Below, in pieces: positions 41,252 through 41,779 of a DNA stretch of 41,779 bases. Position 1 is the stretch's first letter. Each line of letters opens with the position of its first letter. The position numbers and the translations under genes are program-made. The DNA is from a bacterium (GTDB lineage Bacteria; Arandabacterota; Arandabacteria; Arandabacterales; JALGWA01), in contig JASFEA010000010.1 in assembly GCA_050125095.1 (NCBI GenBank), forward strand, positions 1 through 41,779, in the 5' to 3' direction. The notes below the pieces were generated by a model that saw only the letters and a program-made list of their open reading frames with translations, was not told the origin of the DNA and did not search any database.

Positions 41252-41779
41252 ATGAGGATTGCAGTAGACAGCATGGGAGGCGATAGAGCACCGTCTGTGA
41301 TAGTGGACGGTGCCCTTTCTGCACTTAGGGAGACGGAAGAGGACCTCGAGATCGCTCTGGTCGGCAGGGAGTCAGACGTGAGAGCGGCCCTGGGGGGCGC
41401 CGGCCGGAATTCATCCCGGCTCCTCATCGTGGACGCCCCCGAGGTGGTCGCCATGGACGAGGCCCCGGCGGCCACTCTCAGAAAGAAGAAGCAATCGTCG
41501 ATTGCCGTCGGCCTCCGGATGCAGAAGGAAGGAAAGGCAGAGGGATTCATAAGCGCCGGCAACACCGGGGCGGTCGCGGCGAATGCCATTTTCGGGCTGG
41601 GGAGGATAAAGGGAGTTTCCAGGCCGGCGATCGCTACCTTCGCGCCGACCAGGAAGGGCGCCTGCATTATTCTCGACGTGGGGGCGAACGTGGAGAATAA
41701 ACCCCGGCATCTTCTCCAGTTCGGAGTCATGGGTTCAGGTTACGCCGAGGTCGCTCTCCGCAAGGACAGGCCGCGCGTG
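41252..41779 (+). CDS. plsX: Phosphate acyltransferase PlsX (runs off the window end; missing from the ORF track)
   Basis: Manual translation MRIAVDSMGGDRAP..SAGNTGA..GRIKGVSRPAIA..LDVGANV..LLQFGVMGS. Confidence 0.95.
   Translation, partial: MRIAVDSMGGDRAPSVIVDGALSALRETEEDLEIALVGRESDVRAALGGAGRNSSRLLIVDAPEVVAMDEAPAATLRKKKQSSIAVGLRMQKEGKAEGFISAGNTGAVAANAIFGLGRIKGVSRPAIATFAPTRKGACIILDVGANVENKPRHLLQFGVMGSGYAEVALRKDRPRV

Overview
41.8 kb of GC-rich chromosome from a diderm (LPS-making), probably anaerobic fermentative bacterium. A FlgD-Ig/T9SS-like C-terminal domain and the gene order suggest an FCB-related or Latescibacteria/Eisenbacteria-like lineage; this is inference only. 1-18.5 kb is a type IVa pilus locus: pilT-pilC-pilS-pilR, then a sigma54-driven pilA, a Myxococcus pilHIG/Geobacter xap-like ABC trio, an apparently dead PAS kinase, and a second sigma54 operon. 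That operon has pilMNO, an atypical pilP, a short AMIN-less pilQ, a 932-aa lipoprotein with about 9 Big_1 (invasin-type) Ig domains and an outer-membrane beta-barrel. 18.6-31.5 kb is housekeeping and envelope genes: rsmD, coaD, pta, a GlcD-like oxidoreductase, obgE, dprA, DUF362-FeS, an LpxL-like acyltransferase, a minus-strand M6 protease plus DUF3467, split hldA/hldC and an FAD oxidoreductase. 31.6-40.4 kb is energy metabolism: an ArcE/COG2403-like ligase with sucCD, a K/R/T-repeat histone-like protein, ndk, hbd-like, ackA and nfnAB. The window ends with yceD-rpmF-plsX (plsX truncated). No rRNA, tRNA, CRISPR or mobile element was seen. Best leads: the pilQ-linked Ig-stalk plus barrel module, the PilS-like pseudokinase with a two-promoter PilR regulon, the arcE-sucCD operon, and the histone-like gene with structured flanks. 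All family calls are by motif recognition, not database search.
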